Source: Octopus bimaculoides
Lineage: Eukaryota
Length of the DNA: 32,779 bases
NCBI RefSeq assembly: GCF_001194135.2
Contig: NC_069003.1
Span: 22,196,648 to 22,229,426 of the forward strand
Direction: 5' to 3'
Shown piece after piece: positions 1 to 11,344 of this stretch. Each line of letters opens with the position of its first letter. Position 1 is the stretch's first letter. The notes under the pieces are model-generated. The model saw only the letters and a program-made list of their open reading frames with translations, was not told where the DNA came from and ran no database searches. The translations under genes were made by a program, and so were the position numbers.

Positions 1-113
1 TTTAAATAAGTTCTCCACCGATAATGGTGCTTACATACCGAAGGGCTTGGTAAAAATTATTAATTGTTGATTTATTAATAAATTAATAAATTGATAAACC
101 TTTACCCTTTTAA

Positions 114-155
<42 letters not shown>

Positions 156-564
156 CACACCTATACATCTGTAATGTGACATAGGAAAGTGACTACTGGT
201 AGTTGCAGCAGTAGCAGCAGCAGCAGCAGCAGTAGTGATGTGAGTGGTGGTAATAGTTGTATTAGTAGTGGTGGTAGTAGTGATGCTAGTAGTGGTGACA
301 GTTGTAGTGTTGGTGACTGTGGTGGGTCATTTTATTCCCAGGAAGTGATTACGTGGTTGCATAATTTAAAGAACACACCTGACATCAGTCTCACATGACA
401 TCTGTAATATAGGCTGATGTATAGAAGTGTAGAGGTTAATGTAATAGTAGTGTGATGTGATGAGGTGGTTAATGTTCTAGTGTGCTGCAGGGTGATGTGG
501 TGTGGTACTAGTGTAATGTAGTATATAGTATGGTGTATTGTACTGTAATCTGGTATGGTACAAT

Positions 565-737
565 GATTGGCCCTCCACCAGCTATGACGACGAGGGCTCC
601 AGTTGACCCAATCGTTGGAACAGCCTGCTCGTGAAATTAATATGCAAGTGGCTGAGCGTTCCACAGACATGCGTAACCTTGACATAGTTCTCAGGAACAT
701 TCAGTGGGACACAGAATGTGCCCGTGATCCTTTATAG
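565..737 (-). mobile_element. SINE family D, truncated
   Basis: Collinear with 1113-1287 and 1702-1860; stops at the hAT-like insertion. Confidence 0.75.
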
Positions 738-860
738 CAGTGGTTCCTAAAGTGGGTGACACTGTTCCTCTGGGGGTGGTTGAAAGATCCAGATGGAACA
801 CTGAAGAAAAGTGAGGAGGGGGCAATAATGGGGTGGCCAAAAGGGAGTGATAGATGTAAA
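738..860 (+). mobile_element. Possible hAT/Charlie-like MITE end fragment
   Basis: Begins CAGTGGTTCCTAAAGTGGG, like hAT-Charlie termini; the matching other end is not seen. Confidence 0.4.
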
Positions 861-1112
861 AACAACAAAATAGTGGGTTATTCTTTATTCTTTTATTCCC
901 TTACTTGTTTCAGTCATATATATATATATATCACCCACACATCTGTAATATGCCACAGGAACATGACTACTACTAGTAGTAGTAGTAGTAGTAGTAATAG
1001 TAATAGTGGTGGTAGTAGTGGTAGTAGTCATGATGGTGGTGATGTGGTGTGGTACTAGTGTAATATAGTATAGTATGGTGTACTATGTTATACTCTGGTG
1101 CAGTACAGTGTT

Positions 1113-1425
1113 TGGCACTCTACTGGTTATGAAAACAAGAGTTCCAGTTGATCCAATCAATGGAACAACCTGCTGCTGATATTAACATGCAAGTGGCTGA
1201 GCGCTCCACAGACATGCATAATCTTGACATAGTTCTCAGGGAGATTCAGTGTGACACAGAATGTGCCTATGATCCTTTATGGCAGGTACAAGGCATTTTT
1301 GCCAGCCGAGTTAACTGGAGCAATGTGAAATAAAATATCTTACCCAAAGACATGACACAACCCCGGCAATTGAACTCATGCCTTTACAATCATCAACCAA
1401 ATACTGTAACCACTTAGCCATACAC
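1113..1425 (-). mobile_element. tRNA-derived SINE, family D
   Basis: Minus-strand head TGGCTAAGTGG (A-box) and GAGTTCAATTGCC (B-box); body shared with 1702-2020. Confidence 0.8.
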
Positions 1426-1435
1426 CTTCATATAA

Positions 1436-1670
1436 AATTTATTTCTTTATCGCCGACAGGGGGCTACTCATAGATGGGACAAACAAGGACAGACGAGGGG
1501 ATTAAGTCGATTACATCGACACCAGTGCGTAACTGGTACTTAATTTATCGACCCTGAAAGGATGAAAGGCAAAGTTGATCTTGGTGGAATTTGAACTCAG
1601 AATGTAACGGCAGACGAGATACCCTTAGGCATTTTGCCTGGCGTGCTAACATTTCTGCCAGCTTGCAGCC
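1436..1670 (-). mobile_element. tRNA-derived SINE, family E
   Basis: B-box GAGTTCAAATTCC and central GCCTTTCATCCTTTCAGGGTCGATAAATTAAGTACC; also at 31095-31370 and 29105-29215. Confidence 0.8.
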
Positions 1671-1701
1671 TTACATCATCATCATCATCTTCATATAAAA
1701 T

Positions 1702-2020
1702 TGGCACTCCACTGGTTACAATGACAAGTGTTCCAGTTGCTCCGATCAACAGAACAGTCTGCTTGTGAAGTTAACATGCAAGTAACTGAGTGCTCCACAG
1801 ACATGTGGACCCTTAGCATAGTTCTCAGGGAGATTCAGTGTAACACAGAGTGTGACACAGCTGGCTCCTTTGAATTATAGGTATCACTCATTTTTGCCGG
1901 CTGAGTGGACTGGGGCAACGTGAAATAAAGTGTCTTGCTCAAGGACACAATTCACTGCTAGGAATCAAATTCACAGCCTTAGGATCATGAGCTGAATATG
2001 CTAACCACTAAGCCACCTGT
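1702..2020 (-). mobile_element. tRNA-derived SINE, family D
   Basis: Head GTGGCTTAGTGGTTAGC on the minus strand; AATAAAGTGTCTTGCTCAAGGACAC segment. Confidence 0.8.
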
Positions 2021-2261
2021 GCCCTTGTAAATAAATAAATAAATCCAAAACAAAACCTAAATTTCAATACTGATGTTGTTGTTGTTGTTGTTGTTATCAA
2101 ATTTCCACATCATCATAAATGTGTCTTTGTTAAAGTGATTCCTTCACATAATTAATATTCTGCATATCAGAGATGTTTATCATAATTTATACTTTACCGG
2201 AACTTCTGTTTGTCATATTATATTATGCATGACATTTATTGTTTGAAATGTTGTGAGAAAC

Positions 2262-2600
2262 ATAAGACAGACAGATAGTCAGACAGACAGACAGACAGAA
2301 AGGCAGGCAGGCAGGCAGGCAGACAGGTAGGTAGGTAGGTGGGCAGTTGTTCTAAGAATATTCTTTAGTTATTTTGTCTGAGATGGCATCAATCACTTGT
2401 AGCCGGTAGAAAATCCAAGATGTGTCACGTAGCTGCCAATGTGCGAGGATGTATATGTGTGCATGTGTGTGTAAATATGTGTGTAAGTGCATGTAAGTAT
2501 ATGTGTGTGTAAGCATGTGTGAGTATGCATTTGTGTAAGTGTGTGTATGCATGTTAAAGTGTGTATGTATGTTTAAGTGTGTGTGCATGCGTCCATATGG
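2262..2600. repeat. Compound microsatellite (CAGA)n(CAGG)n(TAGG)n and degenerate (GT)n
   Basis: Directly visible. Confidence 0.9.
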
Positions 2601-2864
2601 TAACAAGGTTGCAAGCAGAGTCAGTGCTATACACAAGACCAGGGTTCAATAAAGTGGTCAATACTGATCCTTGAGGATTTACTTGGCTATCCAAAGGGTC
2701 AATAAGGATTTTAAGCATTAAAAGTGCTGAATTATTTAACGAACTGAAACTGGAAAAATGTGGGTAGGTAATTTAAGACTAAAACTCACTGATCTCCAGC
2801 CAAATTTCAATGCAGGTAAAGCTAGTGTTCACCAAATGCATATTTCCCATTAAATATTCTGTTG

Positions 2865-3022
2865 ATGTGTGGCTGTGTGGTAAGAAGTTTGCTTCCCAAC
2901 CACATGGTTGCAGGTTCAGTCCTACTGTGTGGACCCTTGGATAAGTGTCTTCTACTATAGCTTTTGGCCAACTGAAGCCTTGTGAGTATAATTAGCTGAT
3001 TGAAACTGAAAGAAGCCCATTG
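2865..3022 (+). mobile_element. tRNA-derived SINE, family A
   Basis: A-box-like TGGCTGTGTGG, B-box-like GGTTCAGTCC, body ending GAAACTGAAAGAAGCCC. Confidence 0.85.
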
Positions 3023-3041
3023 TGTTTATATATATAAATGA

Positions 3042-3207
3042 ACACTCTCTGAGTGGTTGGCATTAGGAAGGGCATCCAGCTGTAGAAACTCTGCCAAATT
3101 AGATTGGAGCCTGGTGTAGCCATCCGGTTGCACCAGTCCTCAGTCAAATCGTCCAACCCATGCTAGCATGGAAAGCGGACGTTAAACGATGATGATGATG
3201 ATGATGA

Positions 3208-3211
<4 letters not shown>
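3042..3211 (+). mobile_element. LINE-tail family copy (GAT tail)
   Basis: GTGGTTGGCATTAGGAAGGGCATCCAGCTGTAGAAAC...GCGGACGTTAAAC(GAT)n, shared with many copies in the window. Confidence 0.85.
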
Positions 3212-3251
<40 letters not shown>

Positions 3252-3380
3252 GGAAAATATTATAAATACAGAATCCAAATTCAGCTCTCCCTCTTTTGCT
3301 TGGTGTCTGATCAAAGGAGCACTTCAGTCACCATGAGATGATGCAATTTTAATGTTAGAGAAAAAAGAATGCAAACCATT

Positions 3381-4383
3381 TTTCACTCTGTAATGGTGTA
3401 TTAATGTACACCCAGGGATGTCAAGAATGAAAGCTTTGATGAGCAGTTACATATATTGGCTGACAATGGACCGAGACATTGAAAATGTGCTAAAATCACG
3501 TAAAGGTTGTGCACTAGCAGCCAAGGCACTACTGGTGAAATACCAATCATGGCCTGAGACAGATAGTCCATGGTCCAGAGTACATATAGACTACACTGGA
3601 CCAGTGAATGGCACGTACTACTTGATTATTAATTATAGCTTTACCAAGTGGCTGGAAGTATGTAGGTGAAGTCAGCCTATCTCGAAGGCAACAATAAAGT
3701 TCCAGCATGAACTTTTTGCTTGATACGGTGTTCCAGACACCAGAGTATCAGACAATGAAACACAATTTACAGAGTACAAGTTCAAGAAATTTTACAAAAT
3801 ACATGCAATCAAGCACATGTTTACCCTGCCCTACCACCCAAGGTCAATTTGTAGATACTTTCAAGCAAGCGCTAAAAAATGCAAGGAACAAGTTAGGAAA
3901 TGACAAAGCACTAACTAAATTCTTAAGGGTGTACAGAATAATGCCCAGTCCAAATACAAGTTTAGGCAAGTCACCTGCAGAGCTAATGTTTGCTCAAAAG
4001 ATTAAATTGATCTTTGACAAATTGTTGCCAAAGGAAAAAAATATAGAGAAAATACAAAAAATTCAACTAAACATTTTGAATTTGGAGACAAAGTCTATTT
4101 CAAAGTAAAGAAGAACAGTAAAGACAGTTGGCAGGATGGAGTAGTGACTAAAAGAATTGGAAACATGATGTATTTAATAGAAGGCTAATGATGGGAACAT
4201 AAACAACACCTAAATCAATTAAAAATCAAACATACAGAAGAAAGGAAGGAAATTCCAATGGAAGTGTTTTACAACATGCTCGATGTGCTAGCACTGAAAG
4301 CGATTAAGCCTAGAAGGAGCAGTAACAGAAAATGCAAACAGCTTAAACATTTAGAAATAATGCCTAATCAGAGAAGGTACTGA
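3381..4383 (+). pseudogene. Ty3/Gypsy LTR-retrotransposon integrase relic
   Basis: Fragments across shifted frames: HPGMSRMKALMSSYIYW..MDRDIE (zinc-binding region), PWSRVHIDYTGP (catalytic D), FTKWLEV, YGVPD..SDN, YHP, and C-terminal GDKVYF...W..G.V..RIG. Stops, frameshifts and an internal deletion near 3410. Confidence 0.9.
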
Positions 4384-4407
4384 ACTCCCTAGGGAAGCAA
4401 AATTTCA

Positions 4408-4778
4408 GAAAGGGAGAGGTGTTGGAAAGGAAGAAAAAAAAAAAAAAAAAAAAAAAATTTCATTTCCTACAGAAGTCAAAATCTCAAATGAGGAGATGTT
4501 GTGGCAAGAGTTGTGACACCCCCTGTGAGAATAGACTTGACTGAACAACTATAAATAGTAGCGATCTGAGTGAAAGATGAACAGAGTAGGCATTAATTGC
4601 AGGAAGTTATAAGGTGTTGTTTTGGTAGTTTGTGGGAATATCATTTGTTGGTTCGTGTATATTTTGTGGAGAGTTTGTTGGATTGTTGTGTTGTTGTTAC
4701 CCTGCTTCATTATATGTTTATTGTTACCACACCGTTATAGTGTAAACAAGTATTGTCATAAATGGTGACGATACTACA
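4408..4778 (+). mobile_element. Probable polypurine tract and 3' LTR of the Gypsy relic
   Basis: Purine tract GAAAGGGAGAGG then TG at 4420 (alternative GAGGAGA then TGTTGTGG at 4497); TATAAATA near 4551; candidate CA end at 4777-4778. No second LTR is available to confirm the boundaries. Confidence 0.5.
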
Positions 4779-4989
4779 ATAATTGGCGATGAGTAACTAC
4801 GTTACAGTATAAACAAACCAGTACAAGTTGTTAGGTGGGTGGTGGGAGACAAACACACACACACACGGAGATATGTAGCAGATTCATAGAAAATGAAGGA
4901 GAGTATATTTTAGATTAAGAAAGAACTTTGTTTATCTTAATTTGAAAAAACAAAAGTATAAAAAAAACGTATTATTTATGGGATGACCC

Positions 4990-5210
4990 AGTATATGTAT
5001 GTATGTATGAATGTATGTATGTATGAATGTATGTATGTATGAATGTATGTATGTATGTCATTATTCAGTTTATTTCAAGATTTCTTGCCAATAGAGAAAG
5101 AACCAGTTTCTAACCTAGATCCAAAGCTCCTTCATTGGAATTTCAACATCAACAACAGGGTATTTTTGTATGTATGTATGTATGTATGTATGTAATGTAA
5201 TGTATGTATG
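4990..5210. repeat. (GTAT)n microsatellite blocks flanking a short unique segment
   Basis: Directly visible. Confidence 0.9.
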
Positions 5211-5213
5211 CAC

Positions 5214-5348
5214 AATGGGCTTTTTCCAGTTTCCATCTACAAAATTCACTCACAAGGCTTTGGTTGGTCCAAGGCTATGGTAGAAGACGCTTGTCCACAG
5301 TGCCACACAGTGGGACTGAACCCAGAACCATGTAATTGGGAAGCAAGT
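5214..5348 (-). mobile_element. SINE family A
   Basis: Reverse complement of 32560-32692. Confidence 0.85.
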
Positions 5349-5914
5349 ATGTATGTATGTATGTATGTATGCATGCATGTAGAAAGTATGAATCACTTAC
5401 CAGAAGCCAAACTAAGGCAAATCAAGAGCAAAACCAATTTCACCATTCCATGCATGATTATTATTATTATTAAATGTAAAATATATCACAAGAGCTAGTC
5501 TACTTCTTCAACTCTGAAAATCTCGACCGAACTGAGCTTAAAATCAAGGTGAATTGAATGAAAGGAAATCTCAGGTGTGTTAAGCTTTTAAAGGGCCTTC
5601 CTGAATAATCATTCTGTCATGTGCACTTGGAATTTCAGACATACATAGAAATGATGAATGGCTGAAGAGACTAACAGAACAAAAGTTTTTATTTAATCAC
5701 AGCTTTTCAAAGAACCTTTAATGAACAGTTTGATTCCACTATGATCTGTTTTCCTTTTCTTTTCTCTTTTTTTTTTTTGGAAGTGAGCCATGCCATAGAG
5801 AAAATTCTTCTCCTTTGTTTAATAGAGTTTCTATTTTGGTGTTTGTTTTGTTCATTTTCGTTTATTGGATTATAAACTGCTCTATCTGTTTTTCTGCCTC
5901 TGTGTGTGTGTGTA

Positions 5915-6038
5915 ACCGTTTGTTTAAGAAGGTCACTTTGCAACCATGTGGTTTTGGGTTCAGTCCCACAGCATGGTGCTTCCAGGATGGCTAAAACTTT
6001 GTGAATGGATTTGATAGACAGAAATCGTGAAGAAGCCA
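5915..6038 (+). mobile_element. SINE family A (degenerate)
   Basis: GGGTTCAGTCCCAC B-box and GAAGAAGCC end. Confidence 0.75.
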
Positions 6039-6067
6039 AGAGTATATATATATATATATATATATAT

Positions 6068-6300
6068 ATCATCATCATCATCATCATCGTTTAACGTCCG
6101 CTTTCCATGCTAGCATGGGTTGGACGATTTGACTGAGGACTGGTGAAACCGGATGGTAACACCAGGCTCCAGTCTAATTTGGCAGTGTTTCTACAGCTGG
6201 ATGCCCTTCCTAACGCCAACCACTCAGAGAGTGTAGTGGGTGCTTTTACGTGTCACCCGCACGAAAACGGCCACGCTCGTAATGGTGTCTTTTATGTGCC
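6068..6300 (-). mobile_element. LINE-tail family copy, runs into a gap
   Basis: Reverse complement of 8477-8715 with four substitutions. Confidence 0.85.
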
Positions 6301-6754
6301 NNNNNNNNNNNNNNNNNNNNNNNNNNNNNNNNNNNNNNNNNNNNNNNNNNNNNNNNNNNNNNNNNNNNNNNNNNNNNNNNNNNNNNNNNNNNNNNNNNNN
6401 NNNNNNNNNNNNNNNNNNNNNNNNNNNNNNNNNNNNNNNNNNNNNNNNNNNNNNNNNNNNNNNNNNNNNNNNNNNNNNNNNNNNNNNNNNNNNNNNNNNN
6501 NNNNNNNNNNNNNNNNNNNNNNNNNNNNNNNNNNNNNNNNNNNNNNNNNNNNNNNNNNNNNNNNNNNNNNNNNNNNNNNNNNNNNNNNNNNNNNNNNNNN
6601 NNNNNNNNNNNNNNNNNNNNNNNNNNNNNNNNNNNNNNNNNNNNNNNNNNNNNNNNNNNNNNNNNNNNNNNNNNNNNNNNNNNNNNNNNNNNNNNNNNNN
6701 NNNNNNNNNNNNNNNNNNNNNNNNNNNNNNNNNNNNNNNNNNNNNNNNNNNNNN
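6301..6754. other. Assembly gap
   Basis: N run. Confidence 1.
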
Positions 6755-6792
<38 letters not shown>

Positions 6793-6909
6793 CATTAGGA
6801 GAATCAATTTGTTAAACGGAGTCCAATAAATGTCATCAAATAAATGAAATTGTCACGTGGTGGTGGGCACAAACATAGACACAAAGACGCACACATGCGC
6901 ACACACATG

Positions 6910-7063
6910 ATAGGATTATTTCAGTATCTTTCTACCAAATCCACTCATGAGGCTTTGGTTAGGCGGTGGCTATAGCAGAAGACACTTACTCAAGGTGCCA
7001 CACTGTGAGACTGAACCTAGAACCACGTGGTTGCGAAGCAAGCTTCTTACCATACAGTCATGC
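6910..7063 (-). mobile_element. SINE family A
   Basis: AAATCCACTCA..GGCTTTGGT..GAAGACACTT..GACTGAACC..CTTCTTACCATACAGTCA. Confidence 0.8.
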
Positions 7064-7845
7064 ATGTTCATAGTTCAACAATCCTACCAACAAATTGGAT
7101 AACAACTATAAAATATCAATTTGAAACTGCTTTTAAGCAAACAATTCACAACAAAGTCATGGTATGTAAACACCAAATAATTTATAAACATCCTACTTAT
7201 TCAAGTGGTTATGGTTTGTAAATACCAAATACTTTATAAACATCGTTATTATTCAATTAGAAAAATTATCAGAAAAGTCATTTCAATTCATTTATTCAAT
7301 AAAATCTCCTCTAAATGAAAACCTTACCTGTCACTGTGGTTTTGTGACACTAAGCAAAGCAGGTATTGCCATCCACTCAAGGAAACACGTAATAAATTAT
7401 TCACATGCTCTTGAGCAAACTGAATCTTCAACATGTTCCATTTGCCAAAAGGTTTGCGAGGCACCAGCGGGCCATGGAGACACATCCATGTCCATAGAAC
7501 ATGATTACTGCTTTATATTACAGTACCGCCATTTGTCGTTCACAACAAGAGAATCCATCATCACATATATGTGTATGTATATGTGGTAGACAGGTTTGTC
7601 TACCTGGACTGTACACTCAGCCATTCTTGCTCCCTGGATGATGAAATACCTTTCAGGCTGTGGAGAGCAACTGATTCCTTCCAGTCTCTTGAGTCTCGTA
7701 TCTGGTCCCAGCATGGCATCACAAGGTAAACAAAAATTGCTGTGTACCATACATGTATTGTGACATCGTACCTTTACTTATGGGAGACATGGACCCTTTG
7801 CAAATGTCATATATATATATATATATATATACATATATATCATGA

Positions 7846-8195
7846 TGGCACCTGTGCCCTGACTCTTGTGCCGGTGGCACGTGTAAGGACATTCGAGCGA
7901 GATCGTTGCCAGTGCCGCTGGACTAGCTCCCATGCAGGTGGCACGTAAAAGACACCATTTTGAGCGTGGCCGTTGCCAGTACTGCCTGACTGGCCTTCAT
8001 GCCGGTGGCATGTAAAAGCACCCACTACACTCTCGGAGTGGTTGGCGTTAGGAAGGGCATCCAGCTGTAGAAACTCTGCCAAATTAGATTGGAGCCTGGT
8101 GTTGCCATCCGGTTTCACCAGTCCTCAGTCAAATCGTCCAACCCATGCTAGCATGGAAAGCGGACGTTAAACGATGATGATGATGATGATGATTA
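7846..8195 (+). mobile_element. LINE-tail family copy
   Basis: Same core and GAT tail; 5' part similar to 15530-15700. Confidence 0.85.
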
Positions 8196-8201
8196 TTAAT
8201 A

Positions 8202-8476
8202 NNNNNNNNNNNNNNNNNNNNNNNNNNNNNNNNNNNNNNNNNNNNNNNNNNNNNNNNNNNNNNNNNNNNNNNNNNNNNNNNNNNNNNNNNNNNNNNNNNN
8301 NNNNNNNNNNNNNNNNNNNNNNNNNNNNNNNNNNNNNNNNNNNNNNNNNNNNNNNNNNNNNNNNNNNNNNNNNNNNNNNNNNNNNNNNNNNNNNNNNNNN
8401 NNNNNNNNNNNNNNNNNNNNNNNNNNNNNNNNNNNNNNNNNNNNNNNNNNNNNNNNNNNNNNNNNNNNNNNNNNNN
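8202..8476. other. Assembly gap
   Basis: N run. Confidence 1.
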
Positions 8477-8715
8477 GCGGGTGGCACATAAAAGACACCA
8501 TTTCGAGCGTGGCCGTTTTCGTGCGGGTGACACGTAAAAGCACCCACTACACTCTCTGAGTGGTTGGCGTTAGGAAGGGCATCCAGCTGTAGAAACTCTG
8601 CCAAATTAGATTGGAGCCTGGTGTTGCCATCCGGTTTCACCAGTCCTCAGTCAAATCGTCCAACCCATGCTAGCATGGAAAGCGGACGTTAAACGATGAT
8701 GATGATGATGATGAT
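8477..8715 (+). mobile_element. LINE-tail family copy, emerges from a gap
   Basis: Same core and GAT tail. Confidence 0.85.
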
Positions 8716-9480
8716 TATTAATAATAAAGTGTGTGGAGACTTGTTCATTTACAAAATTTATTTTATAATTTTATAAAAGCAGCACCGATAATAATGCAAA
8801 GTTGCATCTGCAACCATGAGTAGTCAGTGCAGTGGAAATGAGTGTAGGTCATTATATCACCTGGATTGGCCAGGCTGTCTGGTGCTAGGTCAGCTCTGCT
8901 GGCCATAGCATTTGCTCCATTCCTCTTGTGCTCTTGCCATTCTCCTCCATGTTGTTCCAAACATCTTTCTAAAATCATCTTCTCTCCTGATTGGAGGTCT
9001 TCCGAGTCATCTCTTTCATTCGTGTGCATACAACTGCACAGGTCCACCAATTCTGTATAAAATTATAAATGATATAAAACTATTAATAACAACATATACT
9101 CCAGATAATTTATCACCCATCCGAAAAATTCACAGAGTGACTAACAACAAACAGTAGTCACAGATGTTAAATACTAATTGAAGTAGTTAGCCATTAACTG
9201 GAACTTAACTGAGAGCCAATACGGTGTCCGCTTGCATAATATATCCCTCCAAACTCATTTATATACATAATGTATATATAAAAAGTAAAAAAAGAGTCAA
9301 AAGGAAGAGTAAGTATGGTTAGGCAGCTTTTTAATTACTACAAATGTTTCGATACATACCATAAGAATACTACCAGCTATTTGGGAATTCTTAGGGTGAA
9401 TGAGCTCTATTTGTACTCTTATACGTTCTTAACAGAACACACCTCAACTGACTATGCATATATATATATATATATATATA

Positions 9481-9727
9481 NNNNNNNNNNNNNNNNNNNN
9501 NNNNNNNNNNNNNNNNNNNNNNNNNNNNNNNNNNNNNNNNNNNNNNNNNNNNNNNNNNNNNNNNNNNNNNNNNNNNNNNNNNNNNNNNNNNNNNNNNNNN
9601 NNNNNNNNNNNNNNNNNNNNNNNNNNNNNNNNNNNNNNNNNNNNNNNNNNNNNNNNNNNNNNNNNNNNNNNNNNNNNNNNNNNNNNNNNNNNNNNNNNNN
9701 NNNNNNNNNNNNNNNNNNNNNNNNNNN
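9481..9727. other. Assembly gap
   Basis: N run after (TA)n. Confidence 1.
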
Positions 9728-9915
9728 TCATTAGACTCCAGCCATGCAGGAGCACTATGTTGTGGAGTCTTTAGTCAAATGAATCGACCCCAATACTTAA
9801 TTTCTGTTAAGCCTGGTACTTATTCTATTGGTCTCTTTTGCTGAGCCACTAAGTTACAGGTACATAAACACACCAGCACTTGTTGTCAAGTGATACTGGG
9901 AGACAAACACAGACA
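9728..9915 (-). repeat. Interspersed repeat family B
   Basis: CCTGGTACTTATTCTATTGGT...TAAACACACCAGCAC..TTGTCAAGTGA, shared with 10385-10585, 18765-18960 and 32712-32779. Confidence 0.8.
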
Positions 9916-10384
9916 CACACACACACACACACACACAAATGGAGAAGAAAATATATAATAGATACTTGGTTCATTTTATTTGTATCACAATGAAAAAGTA
10001 ACGCAAAGTAATTCTTATAGGCATCACTTTTACTTTGCATTTTTTATATTATAATTTTTCTTCTCCATTTTCTTTATTAACTTTATAATTTATGAGACTA
10101 TTTATACATATATAGTGAGGAACTTTCTTTCAATATATTTGATAAAGCCTGTTGGCATCTGGATTGTTATTAACAATCCCTTACGAGGAAATTACATCCT
10201 CAAATTGTAAATGAGTATACACATATATATATTATTCAATTATGAATTAAAAGCAGTGCTAGTGTTGTAGTCATTATCAACTGCACATACTCAATGTATG
10301 TATTTTGGTGGTTTGCTGGTTCACTGCAGTCCATCATTCTGGAGACAACTGGGTATTATGCTTTTATACACACACATACATATA

Positions 10385-10585
10385 TTCTTTTATTCTTTTC
10401 GGTCATTTGACTGGGGCCATGCTGAAGAACCGCCCTTAGTCAAGCAAATAGACCCCAGGACTTATTCTTTGTAAGCCTAGTACTTATTCTATCGGTTTCT
10501 TTTGCCGAACTGCCAGGTTACGGGGATGTAAACACACCAACATTGGTTGTCAAGTGATGGTGGAGGGACAAACACAGACACAAAC
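10385..10585 (-). repeat. Interspersed repeat family B, linked to the family A copy at 10793
   Basis: Same body. The A-microsatellite-B order also occurs at 32541-32779, suggesting one composite SINE. Confidence 0.8.
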
Positions 10586-10587
10586 AT

Positions 10588-10646
<59 letters not shown>

Positions 10647-10744
10647 NNNNNNNNNNNNNNNNNNNNNNNNNNNNNNNNNNNNNNNNNNNNNNNNNNNNNN
10701 NNNNNNNNNNNNNNNNNNNNNNNNNNNNNNNNNNNNNNNNNNNN
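10647..10744. other. Assembly gap within (TA)n
   Basis: N run. Confidence 1.
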
Positions 10745-10792
<48 letters not shown>

Positions 10793-10793
<1 letters not shown>

Positions 10794-10955
10794 ACGGGCT
10801 TCTTTCAGTTTCTGCCTATCAAATCCACTCACAAGGCTTTGGTCAGCCTGAGGCTACAGTAGACAACACTTACTCAAGGTGCCATGCAGTGGGACTGAAC
10901 CCAGAACCATGTTGTTGGTAAGCAAGCTATTTACCTCACAGCCACTCCTGCACCT
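10793..10955 (-). mobile_element. SINE family A
   Basis: Full-length reverse-complement match to 32541-32692. Confidence 0.85.
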
Positions 10956-11344
10956 ATAGACATTGTTGCTCATCGTCCCTGGGTGGGCTTCAGCCACCAA
11001 CCTTTCAGTTAACAGCCAAACATGCTAACTGATTGCGCATTACTTCTGTACATGTCTAGTCCTCATGTTGTTTCAGAGCTATACGTCCTTTCTTTTGTGT
11101 ATATATTTATATTCATACCAACTACTTGTGTTGTGTTTGTTCTATCACCATCCTTTGCATTCGCTCATATATTCCCAGCTTCTTGGTGTTAATGCCAACA
11201 AAATGAACATTATTATTATTATTAAAGGCATGAAATTGTAATGATTTTTGGATGATAACTGATGAGGGAAAATCACGTCCACGTCTTGTGTGTGAATTTC
11301 CTGTTTGTTGCTTTGTCATTCTTCCATGCAGTTTTTTAATCTTA

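Noticed and set aside
18-46. Hammerhead-like CCGATAA-T-GGT...ACC-GAAG
   Set aside because: Three core positions are mutated and there is no cleavage stem; at most a decayed PLE end.
189-398. Ser/Gly-rich ORFs (189-398 and 756-1058)
   Set aside because: Derived from (AGC)n/(AGT)n/(GGT)n simple repeats in the duplicated cassette.
6143-6815. Long ORFs spanning N runs (also near 8129-8640, 9315-9774, 10489-10921, 14455-14742, 19514-19981, 26313-27062)
   Set aside because: They are open only because N codons contain no stops.
7840-8118. Recurring peptide MKPDGNTRLQSNLAEFLQLDALPNANHSESVVGAF that looks like a gene family
   Set aside because: It is the antisense reading of the LINE-tail repeat; it has no splice structure and copies differ by frameshifts.
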